Shown here piece after piece: positions 39,832 to 53,802 of a stretch of DNA of 64,000 bases; within the stretch, counting starts at the first letter, position 1, and the number at the start of each line of letters is the position of its first letter. Both the position numbers and the translations under genes were made by a program. Source of the stretch: Cyanobacteriota bacterium (GTDB taxonomy: Bacteria > Cyanobacteriota > Cyanobacteriia > PCC-6307 > Cyanobiaceae); NCBI GenBank assembly GCA_046052125.1, contig JBJOMY010000002.1:477525-541524 (forward strand), given 5' to 3'. The notes under the pieces were generated by a model that saw nothing but the letters and a program-made list of their open reading frames with translations, ran no database searches and was not told where the DNA came from.

Positions 39832-40775
39832 GCCGCCAGGTTCAGAGCCCCTGCGCAGGCATCGCCGGCAGGTGACTTCTGCTGTGTCCCGGGCACGCGC
39901 TGCTCCAGGGCTGCGCTGAACGCCCTTTGCAAGCTGCGGAGGTGAGCGAGCGCCCCACCTACCCCGCACACTGCCGGTTCCTGCAGGTCCAACTGCGCCG
40001 CGATGGTGTGCACCATCGCGGCCAGAGCCTCCGCCGAGCGTTGGATCACGCTCTGGGCCTGAGCATCGCCAAGGAGAGCCTGCTGATCCACCACCGGCGC
40101 CAGTCGGGCAAACCCAGCCGCCCCGAAGTCGGGAGCAACCACCGCCGCTTTCACGTCCTGGGCGTTGCTGGCTCCGAGAGCCTGCCAGAGCTGCTCCCGT
40201 AGAGCTGTCTCCGCGAGCCGACCGTCGGCCATCTGCACGCTCAGGGCCAGGCCATCACGGCCGATATCCATCGCCGAGCCGGCTCCATCCAGCAGCCAGC
40301 CCCAGCCGCCGCAGCGGTGGGTTGTGCCTTGCACGTTGCTGCCAATGGCGATGCAACCGGTGCCGCTGATCACGAGGATGCCGGCCTTGCCGCCGAAGGC
40401 TCCGGCTAGGGCGGTGCGTTCATCACCAACCACCACCACCTCAGTGGTCGCCAGGCCCAGGCAATCGGCGGCAAGAGCTGTGCCCTGCTCTTGCACGGGG
40501 CTGGCGGCCTCGATGCCGCTGGCGCCGATGGCGGCTGCTGCAAGGCGCGTGTCGGCGCTCAGGCCAGCAGCGCTCAGTGCCGTCTTCAAGCTGCTCTGCA
40601 GCGCCGCCACAAAGCGAGCGCTGCCCCCATCGGCCGCCAGATGGGAGACCCCGCTGCCTTGGCCCTCGCCTTGGGCAACCCAGCTGCCATCAGCCAGCAA
40701 GCTCCCCAGCCGGCAGGTGGTGTGGGTCTGGCCGGCGTCAAACCCGGCGATCAACGGGCTGGCCGTTTCAGGCAT
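39810..40775 (-). CDS. BadF/BadG family sugar kinase (N-acetylglucosamine kinase-like)
   Basis: GFDAGQTHT, ISGTG and RCGGWGWLLDGAGS. Confidence 0.88.
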   Translation of the reverse strand: MPETASPLIAGFDAGQTHTTCRLGSLLADGSWVAQGEGQGSGVSHLAADGGSARFVAALQSSLKTALSAAGLSADTRLAAAAIGASGIEAASPVQEQGTALAADCLGLATTEVVVVGDERTALAGAFGGKAGILVISGTGCIAIGSNVQGTTHRCGGWGWLLDGAGSAMDIGRDGLALSVQMADGRLAETALREQLWQALGASNAQDVKAAVVAPDFGAAGFARLAPVVDQQALLGDAQAQSVIQRSAEALAAMVHTIAAQLDLQEPAVCGVGGALAHLRSLQRAFSAALEQRVPGTQQKSPAGDACAGALNLAAQAALRC

Positions 40776-42090
40776 GGCTGTTGCCAGCGCCTGGCCGGCT
40801 CACGCTCAAGGTGGCCAGGCAGAACCATCCGCTCAGCTGCACTTCCGGACGGAAAAAGATCGTGTCGGTGATGCCCTGCATGCACAGGCCGGCGATCGCA
40901 GCCAGCGCCGCCAGAGCCGGCAGGGCCCAGGCGGATTCGCCCTTCAGCTGAGCCCAGCCGGCCCGAATCGCAGCGGCGAGCAGCCCAAGCCCCGCGATCA
41001 GGTTGGGGATGCCCCCTTCCACCAGCAGCTCCAGCGGCACCGAGTAGGCGCTGAGGGCGTTGAACTTGGGCTGCTGATACAGCGGATAGATCAGGTTGAA
41101 GGCGCTGTTGCCGGGGCCGATCCCCAGCCAGGGCCGGTCCTGAATCATCTCGATCGCTGCCAGCCACACGTTGATGCGGAAGTTGTTGGAGCTGTCCTGC
41201 CGGCCTGCCAGCAGGCTCATCACGCGGATGCGCAGCGGTTCGATTTGGGTCACCGCCACCACCAGCACCGCAACGGCCCCGGCCACCAGCAGCAGCGGAA
41301 ACAGGCGGCGCCAGAGGGTGGGCCAATGGCGGGTTTGCCGTAGCACCAGCAGCAGCACCACTGCCCCCAGGGCAGCGAGCATCCCGAGCCAGCCTCCGCG
41401 GCTGTAGCTCAGGAACAGGGCGATGGAGCCCAGCAGCAAGCCGGCAGCTGCGAACAGGCGTTGCGGCCAGGTGCGCCAGCGCAGCAGCGCCACCAGGGCG
41501 ATCGGCAGGATCGGAATCAGATAGCCCGCCAGCAGGTTGGGGTTCTCAAGCGGGCCGTAGACGCGGATCGTGCCATCGGCCACGGAGTTGGGATCGGCCC
41601 AGCGCGCCAGTTCGCTGGTGTCTCCATAGAGCTGGCGGATGGCGATCACGGCACTCACCAGCTCTCCAGCCAGCAGTGCCGCCACGATCCGATCCCACCA
41701 TTGGGGTGCAGCGGCCAGCAGCTGGCGCATCAGGGCGTACACGCCCAGGTAGCTCACCAGCTTGAGCAGTCCTTTGAAGGCGGCTACCGGCACCGGCGAG
41801 AAGCCCGTGGTCAGCACCGCAAGGCCGAGCATCAGCAGCAGCCAGCCGCTGATGCCGCCGATTCGACCGGCCGGCGTGCACAGCGCCCACATCAGCCAGA
41901 GCAATCCCGCGGCCAGGATCAACAGGCTCAGTCCGCCTCGGGTCACCAGGGGCAGGCCCGCCATCAGGGCGCAGAGCACCACGCCGGCCACCAGCGGCAA
42001 GCGTGAGCCGAGGGGCCCTGCGGAGGCTCCGTTCAGCCATCCCTGCCAGCGCAGCAGCCAGGGGGTGGACGGCACTGGGGCCAGGCTCAT
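40768..42090 (-). CDS. ictB: IctB family protein (O-antigen ligase-like)
   Basis: [31 protein letters not shown] and [10 protein letters not shown]. Confidence 0.9.
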   Translation of the reverse strand: MSLAPVPSTPWLLRWQGWLNGASAGPLGSRLPLVAGVVLCALMAGLPLVTRGGLSLLILAAGLLWLMWALCTPAGRIGGISGWLLLMLGLAVLTTGFSPVPVAAFKGLLKLVSYLGVYALMRQLLAAAPQWWDRIVAALLAGELVSAVIAIRQLYGDTSELARWADPNSVADGTIRVYGPLENPNLLAGYLIPILPIALVALLRWRTWPQRLFAAAGLLLGSIALFLSYSRGGWLGMLAALGAVVLLLVLRQTRHWPTLWRRLFPLLLVAGAVAVLVVAVTQIEPLRIRVMSLLAGRQDSSNNFRINVWLAAIEMIQDRPWLGIGPGNSAFNLIYPLYQQPKFNALSAYSVPLELLVEGGIPNLIAGLGLLAAAIRAGWAQLKGESAWALPALAALAAIAGLCMQGITDTIFFRPEVQLSGWFCLATLSVSRPGAGNSHA

Positions 42091-42812
42091 GCCGTGGGGG
42101 CTGCGGGGTCGAGCGGATTATCGGCCTGATTCTCTGCGGCTTCCAGCCATTGCTCGAGCGCCTCTCGCTGCGGCAGTGGCGCGTGATTGCGCTCGTAGAG
42201 CACCCGGTAAACGGGCAATCCCTGATCGAGCACGTACGTTTCCCGTTCAGTGGGCACGGGCAAGGGATTGCTGCTGCGCCAGGGCTTGGCATCGGTGCTG
42301 GGCCGCTGGAAGCAGCCGCAGGCTTCCGTGAGCGCCACCATCGGTTCGATTACCGCCAGCACATCGCTCTGCAGGAAAAGGCGTTTGCCCGGGGCTAGGG
42401 CCGCCGCGATGGCCAGCACCAGCGCCGGCTGCAGCACACGCCGCTTGTGGTGTTTCTTTTTGAACCAGGGATCGGGGAACTGGATCGACACCAGATCCAG
42501 CTGCCCCGCTGGTAAGGCTGCCAACCAGGCCTCGAGGCTCACGTTGGCGTTGCAGAACAGGTAGTGGAGGTTGTTCAGATCGAGGGCTTGCCGGTCGGCT
42601 TCCGCGGCATGCACCAGAGCCCGGCGGATCTCCACCCCCAGATGGTTCACGCCCGCCTGCTGTTGGGCTAGTGCCAACAGAAACCGGCCCCGAGCGCACC
42701 CGATATCCAGGTGGATCGGCAGGGATGGATCGGCGAAGAGAGCGGCCGGTGGCGGCAGCTCCAGAGGCAGTTGGAAGAAACGGCTGAGGGGATTGACGTG
42801 CTGGCGCACCAT
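42087..42812 (-). CDS. trmB: tRNA (guanine-N7)-methyltransferase
   Basis: [29 protein letters not shown] and PTERE. Confidence 0.96.
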   Translation of the reverse strand: MVRQHVNPLSRFFQLPLELPPPAALFADPSLPIHLDIGCARGRFLLALAQQQAGVNHLGVEIRRALVHAAEADRQALDLNNLHYLFCNANVSLEAWLAALPAGQLDLVSIQFPDPWFKKKHHKRRVLQPALVLAIAAALAPGKRLFLQSDVLAVIEPMVALTEACGCFQRPSTDAKPWRSSNPLPVPTERETYVLDQGLPVYRVLYERNHAPLPQREALEQWLEAAENQADNPLDPAAPTA

Positions 42813-42817
42813 GCGGC

Positions 42818-44143
42818 TCAGGAGGCTGTGGCTTCGGGCTGGCTGTCGGCAGGCGGGGTATTGGGCACCAGGAACCCCCAGCTGGCGGTGTAGCCATGCA
42901 GGTGGGTGGCGCCGGCCACCGGACCGATTTCACCGTTGCAGAACGCACCCGCCACGGGCACCGTTTCAAATTGCTCGCGGCAGGCGTTCACATCGCCATC
43001 GGGTTGGCCGTAGAGCCCTTCTCCCCGTCCAAGACACGCGAACAGCAGTGCGGCCAGGGGTTCGGGTTGGCGGCGACGCTGCCGGCTCAGGAGTTGTCGT
43101 TGCTCCTGGCGGGAGGCATTGGCATCGCGCAGCTGGAATTGCACCCGCTGGCCCACGCGCAGCCGTTCACCCACGGCCACCGAACCGGTGCGGGGATCAA
43201 CGCCGATCAGGTTGCGCACCAGAAAGGCGGAGTCGTCGGGGGTATCGCTGCTGCTCAGCTGAAAGCTGCTTTTGGCCACCCCGAGGAACAGGGAGTGACG
43301 CACCAGCTCCCGCTCCTGGGGATTGAGCTCTTCAAGGATGGATTGCAGGCAGGCCACCGGTGTGCCCTGGTTGTGGCCATCGCTGAGCCGTTGCACCACG
43401 TTGCGCTCGGCCTGCTCCACCTCAAACACCGGGCCGATCGGCCGGCAGCCCTGGGCCACCACTGGTTCGATGCGCCAGGCGCCGCTGATCAGGCAGCCCA
43501 CGGCTCCATCCACCACCTGGTCGTCAAGCAGCAGCGAACCGTGGCTGGCGTTGTGCTGGCCGGCGATGCCACCCACCTTGGCGGCCTGCGGGTAGGCGTA
43601 ATCGAGGCCGCTGATCAGATCGTTGATCGCCGGGCAGCCCGGGTCGATGAACAGCAGCATCGAGTGCGCACCCTCCGGCTGGGCACCCACCCAGTCGACC
43701 CACTGCTGGCTGGAGCCATCCAGATCAGGCAACCCACCGGCTTCGAGCTGGAACAGTTGCAGCTGGCTGCCCGGCAGGTTGAACAGGCTGACGCTGATGC
43801 CCGGCTGATGCTCCAGCTCATGGGGCTGGCCTTGCGGATCGGTGCCCACTACCCCGCCGCCGGCGCAGCCAATCCAGTGGCGGCTGGGTATGGCCTCCCG
43901 CAGCAGGGGCAGCAGGCGCTGCAAGTCGGTGGCGTAGGCGGTGGAGCAGAACACCAGGGCGAGATCCGCCGGGCCTCCCTGGCCACCGACCCGCAGCTGA
44001 CGACTCAGATCGGCAACGGCCGCCTCCAGGGCGGGCTGGTTGCTCAGGGCCGTGACGCAGCGCGCCTGCTGTGGGCTTCGGCGCCGCAGCAGAGGACCAA
44101 TCTTCGACTGCAGCGAATGGGGGAGGCGAAACATCCGAGCCAT
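42818..44143 (-). CDS. FIST N/C domain protein
   Basis: [24 protein letters not shown] and [10 protein letters not shown]...HGYT. Confidence 0.92.
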   Translation of the reverse strand: MARMFRLPHSLQSKIGPLLRRRSPQQARCVTALSNQPALEAAVADLSRQLRVGGQGGPADLALVFCSTAYATDLQRLLPLLREAIPSRHWIGCAGGGVVGTDPQGQPHELEHQPGISVSLFNLPGSQLQLFQLEAGGLPDLDGSSQQWVDWVGAQPEGAHSMLLFIDPGCPAINDLISGLDYAYPQAAKVGGIAGQHNASHGSLLLDDQVVDGAVGCLISGAWRIEPVVAQGCRPIGPVFEVEQAERNVVQRLSDGHNQGTPVACLQSILEELNPQERELVRHSLFLGVAKSSFQLSSSDTPDDSAFLVRNLIGVDPRTGSVAVGERLRVGQRVQFQLRDANASRQEQRQLLSRQRRRQPEPLAALLFACLGRGEGLYGQPDGDVNACREQFETVPVAGAFCNGEIGPVAGATHLHGYTASWGFLVPNTPPADSQPEATAS

Positions 44144-44212
44144 TGCTGGACCCTACTGCTGCTGGTTGCAGCGTCAGGGCCGGGATAATGACGGCTTGCC
44201 GACCCCCTCTGC

Positions 44213-44830
44213 GTGCCAGACCTGCTGCTCTACCGCACTCTCGTCTGGCTCGACTACCGCCTCGCTGCGGTGTTTGCCGTGGGGTTGCCGCTGGTGTTGC
44301 TGCTCTGGGCTGCCTGGAAGCAGGAGCAGGCTCTGGTGCGGTTGATGGGCATCTATTGGAAGGTGGCCAGCCTGCTGTTGATCACGGTGCTGCTGCTCAC
44401 CGACAACAAGCCCCTCGGTTATCTGCTGGCGTTCCTGGCGCAGTTGCTGGTGGTGGTGAGCGTGTGGTTCTGGGTGGATCTCAACGAGGAGCTCGACGAC
44501 CTCCCCCCCTGGCGGCCGCTTCCCTTTGCGATTCGCGCCTGGCGCTGGGGTCTCAGCGTGTATGGCGTGCTGGGCGCGCTGCTCAGTGCTCTTGCCCTCG
44601 ACTGCGTCCGTGGCGGGGTCACCCGTCCCATCTGCCGGGTCTGGCTGGAAGCGCCCGACGATCTCCATGGCGGTGCCGCCAGCGTTTTCAGGTTCGTGTT
44701 TGGCGGGAGCTGGACTGGAGTGATCGCTGCGTTTGTGGGTTACGTGGCCTTGGTGGGCTACGGCGTGGGCCTGCTGCAGTGGTTCCTGGTGCGGCTGCCC
44801 AAGCAGGGCCGCGTGGCTGGTGGCTTCTGA
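44213..44830 (+). CDS. DUF3177-like membrane protein
   Basis: VWLDYRLA, YWKVASLL, WFWVDLNEE and LPKQGRVA. Confidence 0.82.
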   Translation: MPDLLLYRTLVWLDYRLAAVFAVGLPLVLLLWAAWKQEQALVRLMGIYWKVASLLLITVLLLTDNKPLGYLLAFLAQLLVVVSVWFWVDLNEELDDLPPWRPLPFAIRAWRWGLSVYGVLGALLSALALDCVRGGVTRPICRVWLEAPDDLHGGAASVFRFVFGGSWTGVIAAFVGYVALVGYGVGLLQWFLVRLPKQGRVAGGF

Positions 44831-44841
44831 GCGGCCCAGTC

Positions 44842-45156
44842 ATGTCGAGCGACGTTGCCACCCTGCTGAGCCGCATCGAGGAGCTGAGCCGTAGCCGTCC
44901 CGATCGGGTGGTGCGTCTCACGGGTGAATTGCCGGGCGACGGCGGCTTGGAGCCCTTTGAGCTGCTGATCTTTCGCGGCTTCTCGAGCAGCGTCAGCCAC
45001 CCCACCGCCTTCGATCCCGATCAGCCGGCCCTGCCCGCTGAAGCGCGCATTCAAGCGGCCGAGCTGCTCCAGGGCCCATTCAACCCAGCGGCTGAGCAGC
45101 GCCTCGCTGGTCCGATGGCGCCAGAGCAGCTGCTGGATCCGGCTGCCTGGGCTTGA
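44842..45156 (+). CDS. Conserved hypothetical protein
   Basis: LLIFRGFSSSVSHPTAFDPD motif. Confidence 0.75.
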   Translation: MSSDVATLLSRIEELSRSRPDRVVRLTGELPGDGGLEPFELLIFRGFSSSVSHPTAFDPDQPALPAEARIQAAELLQGPFNPAAEQRLAGPMAPEQLLDPAAWA

Positions 45157-45163
45157 GCCTGCT

Positions 45164-45639
45164 CTAGGCGGCTGCGCAGAGGCGGCGCCAATCCCCACAG
45201 ACCTGGCTCAGCCCTTTGTCGTGCTCGAGCAGTTGATCAGCCTGTGCCAGCTCGAAATCGGCGAAGTCAAACCCTGGGGCCACCGTGCAGCTCACCAGGC
45301 TCCACGAACAGCCGGCAGCCGGCTCGGCGGCAAACCAATCGCCAGCAGGCACTACATGCTGTGGACGCTCGCCGGCCGTGATCGCCATGCCCAATCGGGT
45401 GGTTTGAACCGCACCGCTGGGACTGAGCTGATGGATCAGCAGGCCCCCGCCACTGTGGAAGTGCCAGGCCTCATCGGAGCGGATCCGGTGCCAGCAGGAG
45501 CGCTCCCCGGCTGCGAGCAGAAACAGGATGGCGGTGCTGGCGGCCCGCGGGCCCCGCGCAGTGTTCACCTGTTCGCTGGCGCGGTAGGTCTCGCGGTAGT
45601 GGCCGCCTTCCGGGTGCGGACTCAGCCCCAGTTGGCTGA

Positions 45640-45661
<22 letters not shown>
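45164..45661 (-). CDS. Cupin_5 (DUF985) protein
   Basis: LSPHPEGGHYRETYR, WHRIRSDEAWHF and SCTVAPGFDFADF; overlaps the ileS stop by 22 bp. Confidence 0.9.
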
Positions 45662-48600
<2,939 letters not shown>

Positions 48601-48624
48601 GGCGCCGGGGGTAGCAAGCGCCGA

Positions 48625-49191
48625 TTATCCCGCCTGGCTGCCGGCCACTTGGAGCAGCTGATCGATCTCGGCGAAGGAGTGCACCACCGGGGCCGGCTCC
48701 GGCGCTGTTTGCGGTGCCGTTGCGCTGGTTGCCGCTGAGGTGATCGGTGCTGCGGGCGCATCGCTGCGCACCCAGCGCTTGCCGGAGCTTGTTTTGCTGC
48801 CGCCGCCGCGCTTCAGCGCCGCCAGCAGCGTGCCCGTGGCAGCGCTCACCGCGGCAATGCCACGGGCCAGGGTCACCACCAGTTCATTGAGGCTGGTCTG
48901 CCAGCGTTCGATCGAGAGCAGCCGCTTCTGTTCTTCCGGTGTGAGGGCGCGCCAGCGCAGTTGCAGTACTTCGATGCCCAGGCGGCCGATCAGGAGTCCG
49001 CCGCACAGCACCGCCAACATCGGTGAGCCGGTGAGGCGATCAGCGCTGGTGACCAGGGTGAGCCCGAGCAGCAGCACCACCGCGCCCCAGGTTGCATCGC
49101 GCGGACGCGACAGCTCGCTCGCCAGCAAGGGCAGCAGTACGACCGCCATGCCCACCACCAGAGCAAGGGTTCCGCTGAGGCTGGCAACCAT
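48625..49191 (-). CDS. Ycf66-like membrane protein
   Basis: ELSRPRD after the first TM helix; three TM helices. Confidence 0.7.
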   Translation of the reverse strand: MVASLSGTLALVVGMAVVLLPLLASELSRPRDATWGAVVLLLGLTLVTSADRLTGSPMLAVLCGGLLIGRLGIEVLQLRWRALTPEEQKRLLSIERWQTSLNELVVTLARGIAAVSAATGTLLAALKRGGGSKTSSGKRWVRSDAPAAPITSAATSATAPQTAPEPAPVVHSFAEIDQLLQVAGSQAG

Positions 49192-49242
49192 GGGCCCATT
49201 GAGATTGACCCCATTCTCCGCCTATCCCTACAGTCGCGCTAT

Positions 49243-49324
49243 GCCCACCTGGCGGAATTGGTAGACGCGCTGGGTTTAGGTTCCAGTGGCTTCGGCTGTG
49301 GGGGTTCAAGTCCCCCGGTGGGCA
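49243..49324 (+). tRNA. tRNA-Leu(TAG)
   Basis: GCCCACC...GGTGGGC-A acceptor; anticodon loop TT-TAG-GT; long variable arm. Confidence 0.96.
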
Positions 49325-49362
49325 TCGGGTCGAGGGTCTCAACTTCCTAAGGTGGTGCATCG

Positions 49363-50412
49363 ATGACCGCCGGTGCAGACCAGGGAATGACGCAAGCTCT
49401 GGTACAGCCACCGGAGATGAAGGAGACCCCGCGGGAGATGCGTGCATCGGTGAGTGCCGTGCCTCGGGAATTTCTTGATCCGCCCGCTGCCTGGAACCCC
49501 ACTGTGGGCTTGTTCCTGGGTGGTTATGTACTGGCCGGAATCACCATTGCCGGCTGGTTTGTCTGGGGTTGGTCGCTGCCCGTGCTCTTGGCCACCGGGT
49601 TCCTGGCCCTGCACCTGGAAGGCACGGTGATCCACGACGCCTGCCACAACGCCGCCCATCCCAATCGCTTCTGGAATGCCTTCATGGGGCATGGAGCGGC
49701 ACTGCTGCTGGGGTTCAGCTTCCCGGTGTTCACGCGGGTGCATCTGCAGCACCACGCTCATGTGAACGATCCCAAGAACGATCCTGATCACATCGTGAGC
49801 ACCTTCGGCCCGTTGTGGTTGATCGCTCCACGTTTTTTCTATCACGAGTATTTCTTTTTCCAGCGTCGCCTCTGGCGTCGTTATGAGCTGCTCGAGTGGG
49901 GCCTTGGCCGCGGAGTGTTCTTCGCGATTGTGTTGGCGGGAGTGAAATATGGCTTCATTGATTTCATTTTCAACTGCTGGTTTGCGCCGGCCTTGATGGT
50001 GGGCGTGACCCTTGGCCTGTTTTTTGATTACCTCCCCCACCGTCCATTTCTGTCGCGCAACCGCTGGCACAACGCCCGGATTTACCCCGGCAGGTTGATG
50101 AATTGGCTGATTATGGGCCAAAACTATCACTTAGTTCATCACCTCTGGCCTTCGATTCCTTGGTTTGAATACAAACCGGCCTACGAAGCCACCAAGCCCA
50201 TTCTTGATGCCAAGGGCTCTCCCCAGCGCTTGGGGTTGTTCGAAAGCCTGAGCGATTTCACCAACTTCATTTACGACATCGTGCTTGGCGTGCGCAGCCA
50301 CAAACGGCGCCGCAGCAAGTTGCGTCCCATCGCAGGACTCTTGCCCAGCTTCAAGGCGCGCCGCCACGTGGTCGCTCTCCTGCATCGCACCGCCGTCTCT
50401 CCGCGGCGCTGA
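49363..50412 (+). CDS. crtR: Beta-carotene hydroxylase
   Basis: His boxes HDACH, HLQHH and HLVHH; FFDYLPHRPF. Confidence 0.93.
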   Translation: MTAGADQGMTQALVQPPEMKETPREMRASVSAVPREFLDPPAAWNPTVGLFLGGYVLAGITIAGWFVWGWSLPVLLATGFLALHLEGTVIHDACHNAAHPNRFWNAFMGHGAALLLGFSFPVFTRVHLQHHAHVNDPKNDPDHIVSTFGPLWLIAPRFFYHEYFFFQRRLWRRYELLEWGLGRGVFFAIVLAGVKYGFIDFIFNCWFAPALMVGVTLGLFFDYLPHRPFLSRNRWHNARIYPGRLMNWLIMGQNYHLVHHLWPSIPWFEYKPAYEATKPILDAKGSPQRLGLFESLSDFTNFIYDIVLGVRSHKRRRSKLRPIAGLLPSFKARRHVVALLHRTAVSPRR

Positions 50413-50442
50413 TTCAGCTAGGCCGACGGATCTGTGACGAGA

Positions 50443-50736
50443 TCAGTCGGCCAGAATTTTGGGCACGCGGAAGAAATCACCCTCGCGCTGAGGCGCTTCT
50501 TCGAGGAGTTGATCGCGCACTTCGGTGGGCACCACCACGTCGTCGCGGGTCACGTTGACCACTTCCACGGCACGGGTTGTGGGGGGTACTCCCTCGGTGT
50601 CCACGGCTTGGAGGTGATCCACGTAGCCCAGGATCCGCTCGAGCTGAGTGGTGTACGTGGCGATCTTGTCCTCGGGCAGGTCGAGGCGGGCCAGCTTGGC
50701 CACCTTGCGAACGTCGTCGGCGCTGATGTTGCTCAT
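50443..50736 (-). CDS. gatC: Asp/Glu-tRNA amidotransferase subunit C
   Basis: [10 protein letters not shown] and FFRVPKIL. Confidence 0.96.
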   Translation of the reverse strand: MSNISADDVRKVAKLARLDLPEDKIATYTTQLERILGYVDHLQAVDTEGVPPTTRAVEVVNVTRDDVVVPTEVRDQLLEEAPQREGDFFRVPKILAD

Positions 50737-50745
50737 CGGCAGAAC

Positions 50746-51540
50746 CTAGCTGGCGGGCTCCTCCAGGAAGCGTTGCAAATCAGCCGCCAGGGCTGTGGCC
50801 GCCACATCAAGGAAGCGATCGCCGTGCTCAGCGCTGGCGAGATAGGGATCCGATCCCATGCGGCCATCGGGGTGGCGGCGGCGGAAGTCTTCCGGGCTAT
50901 GGATCGGTCCTGCGGGCGCGGGCTCCGGTAGGGGCCGCTGCTTGCTTTGCAGGCTGGGCTCCAGCGCCAGGGTGATGGCGATTTCGCTGGGGGTGGCGTG
51001 GTGGCCCTCGCGCTCCCCGTAGAGCTCCCGGGCCAGGCCCATGGCCTCCGGTGCCATGAACCAGTTGGCCAGCTTGCAGCGCAGGGATCCGGCATTGGCC
51101 AGGCCGCGGCTAGCTGCGGTGCCGTAAGCCTGGGCGAAGGCCGCTTTGGTGGTGGCGATGTTGCCGCCGTGGCCATTGATCACATAGATGCGCTCGAAGC
51201 CGTGCCGGGCCAGGGAGAGCACCAGGTCGTGGATCACCGCCAGAAGGGTGGCGGGTTGCAAACTCATGGTGCCGGCGAAGCCCAGGTGGTGTTCTGCCAT
51301 GCCGAAGGCCTGGGCGGGGGTCACCAGCACACCGGTGCGGCGACCCACTTCCAGCGCCACGGCCTCCGCGGTGAGGGCATCGGTGCCGATGGCGCCGGTG
51401 GGGCCGTGCTGCTCGGTGGAGCCGAGCGGCACGATCACCCCCTTGCAGCCCTCCAGGTAGGCCTCCACTTCCGGCCAGCTGCGGAGCTGCAGGCGAATCT
51501 CCTCGACAGTGGTGGCAACCACAACGGCAGCGGGGCTCAA
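50746..51540 (-). CDS. Creatininase family protein
   Basis: PLGSTEQHGP, GTD, NGHGGN and HA..SE. Confidence 0.92.
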   Translation of the reverse strand: MSPAAVVVATTVEEIRLQLRSWPEVEAYLEGCKGVIVPLGSTEQHGPTGAIGTDALTAEAVALEVGRRTGVLVTPAQAFGMAEHHLGFAGTMSLQPATLLAVIHDLVLSLARHGFERIYVINGHGGNIATTKAAFAQAYGTAASRGLANAGSLRCKLANWFMAPEAMGLARELYGEREGHHATPSEIAITLALEPSLQSKQRPLPEPAPAGPIHSPEDFRRRHPDGRMGSDPYLASAEHGDRFLDVAATALAADLQRFLEEPAS

Positions 51541-51592
51541 GTTCGCTCAGTATCCCTAGGATTTGAGCCAGGTGGTTCCTAGGCGGTGCCCC

Positions 51593-51892
51593 ATGCTTCA
51601 GCGCAAGCTCTACCGCTTCCAGTGCGAGCAACGGCCGATCTGGGTGTTTCTGCGCGACCAGCAGCGCTGGATTGAAGAGGCGCTGGTGGTGGAGCTGGAA
51701 GGTGATCTCGTTACCCTGCGCTACGACGCCGAAGATGACGACGAGCTGCACAGCTGGGAGGAATGCGTGCGGCTCGACTCGATCGGTGCGGTGAGCACTC
51801 GCCTGGCTTACTTCAGCCGCAACGCCTTGCCGGAAGACATTGAAGTGACCGGCGACTGCCCGGAATCGGAGCAGCTCCCCAGCCAGGGCTGA
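51593..51892 (+). CDS. Conserved small acidic cyanobacterial protein
   Basis: MLQRKLY...VTLRY...SWEECVRLDSIGAV. Confidence 0.75.
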   Translation: MLQRKLYRFQCEQRPIWVFLRDQQRWIEEALVVELEGDLVTLRYDAEDDDELHSWEECVRLDSIGAVSTRLAYFSRNALPEDIEVTGDCPESEQLPSQG

Positions 51893-51900
51893 AGCTGGCC

Positions 51901-52041
51901 TCAGTGGGCGGTGCCGTTGCCGTCGTACTTGTCGGTGTCGTAGTAGCCGCCCTTGGTCCCGAAGAACAGGGTGGCGAGCACGAACAGACCGCTCCCTCCG
52001 ATCAGCACGGTGGCGAGGGTGAAACCGGTGCTGTGGTCCAT
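51901..52041 (-). CDS. ndhP: NDH-1L small subunit NdhP
   Basis: One TM helix followed by [21 protein letters not shown], matching the NdhP C-terminal pattern. Confidence 0.88.
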   Translation of the reverse strand: MDHSTGFTLATVLIGGSGLFVLATLFFGTKGGYYDTDKYDGNGTAH

Positions 52042-52141
52042 GGGTGGGTTGCCCTGCTCATTCCAGTCTGCTGGAGTTGGCCCCAAGTGGAGCTCTGTTG
52101 TGGCGCGCTGTGATCCACGGCTGCAGCGGCAGCTCGATCAG

Positions 52142-52759
52142 GTGCTGCCCCGTTTGTTCTTCGCCCGCCCCGCTGAGGTCGTCGCCCCCGAGCTCATCGG
52201 TTGCCTGCTGGTGAAACGCCAAGAAGATGGCGAGCTGCTCTGGGGCGTGATTGTGGAAACGGAGGCGTATTCCCAGGAGGAGCCCGCCTGCCACGGCTAC
52301 CGCCGCCGCTCCCCCAGCAACGAAACCCTCTTTGGAGAGCCTGGGCGTTTCTATGTGTATGTGAGCTACGGCATTCATCACTGCGTCAACGTCACTACCC
52401 ACAAGGCGGATTGGGCCAACGGCGTGTTGTTGAGGGCGGTGGCCATGCCGGGCGAGCAGGAGCGGGTGGCGGCTGGCCCTGCCTTGCTCGCGCGACGGTT
52501 TGGCATTGATCGCCGCCACGACGCTGCTCCCGTGGATTGGGTCAGCGATCTCTGGCTGGCACCGCGACCCGCGGGCTTTGATCTTTGCGAGCCAGACGGC
52601 GTGGTTCAAACGACCCGCATCGGGATCAATCAGGCCCAGGAGCTTCCCTGGCGTTGGTATCTGCGCTCCAGCCGCAGCGTGAGCAAGCGGGCCCGTGGGG
52701 ATCGAACGCCTGCTCGGGCGGATGCGTTTCATCTGGCCGAGTTCGCCGCGGGCTTTTAG
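52142..52759 (+). CDS. mpg: DNA-3-methyladenine glycosylase
   Basis: [25 protein letters not shown] and TTRIGI; start uncertain. Confidence 0.93.
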   Translation: MLPRLFFARPAEVVAPELIGCLLVKRQEDGELLWGVIVETEAYSQEEPACHGYRRRSPSNETLFGEPGRFYVYVSYGIHHCVNVTTHKADWANGVLLRAVAMPGEQERVAAGPALLARRFGIDRRHDAAPVDWVSDLWLAPRPAGFDLCEPDGVVQTTRIGINQAQELPWRWYLRSSRSVSKRARGDRTPARADAFHLAEFAAGF

Positions 52760-52785
52760 CCTGAAGCTGACTCCTGAAGCCCACC

Positions 52786-53796
52786 TTGAGCGACTGGACC
52801 CACCGCCACGTGCTCGATCTGGCGGCGTTCTCGCTCGACGACTACACCACCGTTTTGGAGCTGGCCCAGCGCTTTCGGGTGATGCCCGCGTCTGGGGCCC
52901 GCAAGTTGCCTGCACTGCAGGGCCGGTTGGTCACCACCCTCTTTTTTGAACCGAGCACGCGCACCCGCAGCAGCTTTGAGCTGGCGGCCAAGCGACTCTC
53001 GGCAGATGTGCAGAGCTTTTCTCCCTCGTCCAGTTCGCTGAGCAAGGGCGAAAGCCTGCTCGACACCGTGCGCACCTACGTGGCCATGGGCGCCGACCTG
53101 CTGGTGGTGCGACACCGCTGCACCGGGGTGCCGGCTGCCCTGGCCCGAGACCTCGATGCCAGCGGTGATCGGGTGGCGGTGCTCAATGGCGGCGATGGTT
53201 TGCACAGCCATCCCAGCCAGGGGCTGCTGGATCTGTTCACCCTGGCGCGCCACTTCGCTCCCGAAGCCCCCACGCCAGAAGCGCTGCGCGGCCGCCGCAT
53301 CGTGATCGTGGGCGACATCCTGCATTCGCGGGTGGCCCGCTCCAATCTCTGGGCTCTCACCGCCTGCGGCGCCGAGGTGGTGCTGTGCGGCCCGCCCACC
53401 TTGCTGCCCGAGGCGTTCAGCGCGTTTGTGGCGGCTCCGCCGCCAGGTCAGTCCATCGATCCAGTGGTCCAGCGTGGATCCATTCAGGTGCTGCGGGATC
53501 TCGATCAGGCCCTTTCGGGCGCCGATGCGGTGATGACCCTGCGCCTCCAGAAGGAGCGCATGAACCAGCACATGCTCACCAGCCTGGAGAGCTATCACCG
53601 CGCCTATGGCCTCACCCATCAACGCCTCGATGCCCGCGCCCCGGGCATTCCTGTGTTGCACCCGGGCCCGGTCAACCGGGGGGTGGAAATGAGTGGAGCC
53701 CTGCTCGACGATCTTCAGCGCTCACTCGTGGAGCAGCAGGTGACCAATGGCATTGCCGTGCGGATGGCACTCCTCTATCTGATGGCAGCCAGCTGA
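52786..53796 (+). CDS. pyrB: Aspartate carbamoyltransferase catalytic subunit
   Basis: [27 protein letters not shown] and [10 protein letters not shown]. Confidence 0.97.
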   Translation: MSDWTHRHVLDLAAFSLDDYTTVLELAQRFRVMPASGARKLPALQGRLVTTLFFEPSTRTRSSFELAAKRLSADVQSFSPSSSSLSKGESLLDTVRTYVAMGADLLVVRHRCTGVPAALARDLDASGDRVAVLNGGDGLHSHPSQGLLDLFTLARHFAPEAPTPEALRGRRIVIVGDILHSRVARSNLWALTACGAEVVLCGPPTLLPEAFSAFVAAPPPGQSIDPVVQRGSIQVLRDLDQALSGADAVMTLRLQKERMNQHMLTSLESYHRAYGLTHQRLDARAPGIPVLHPGPVNRGVEMSGALLDDLQRSLVEQQVTNGIAVRMALLYLMAAS

Positions 53797-53802
53797 GTGG
53801 TG

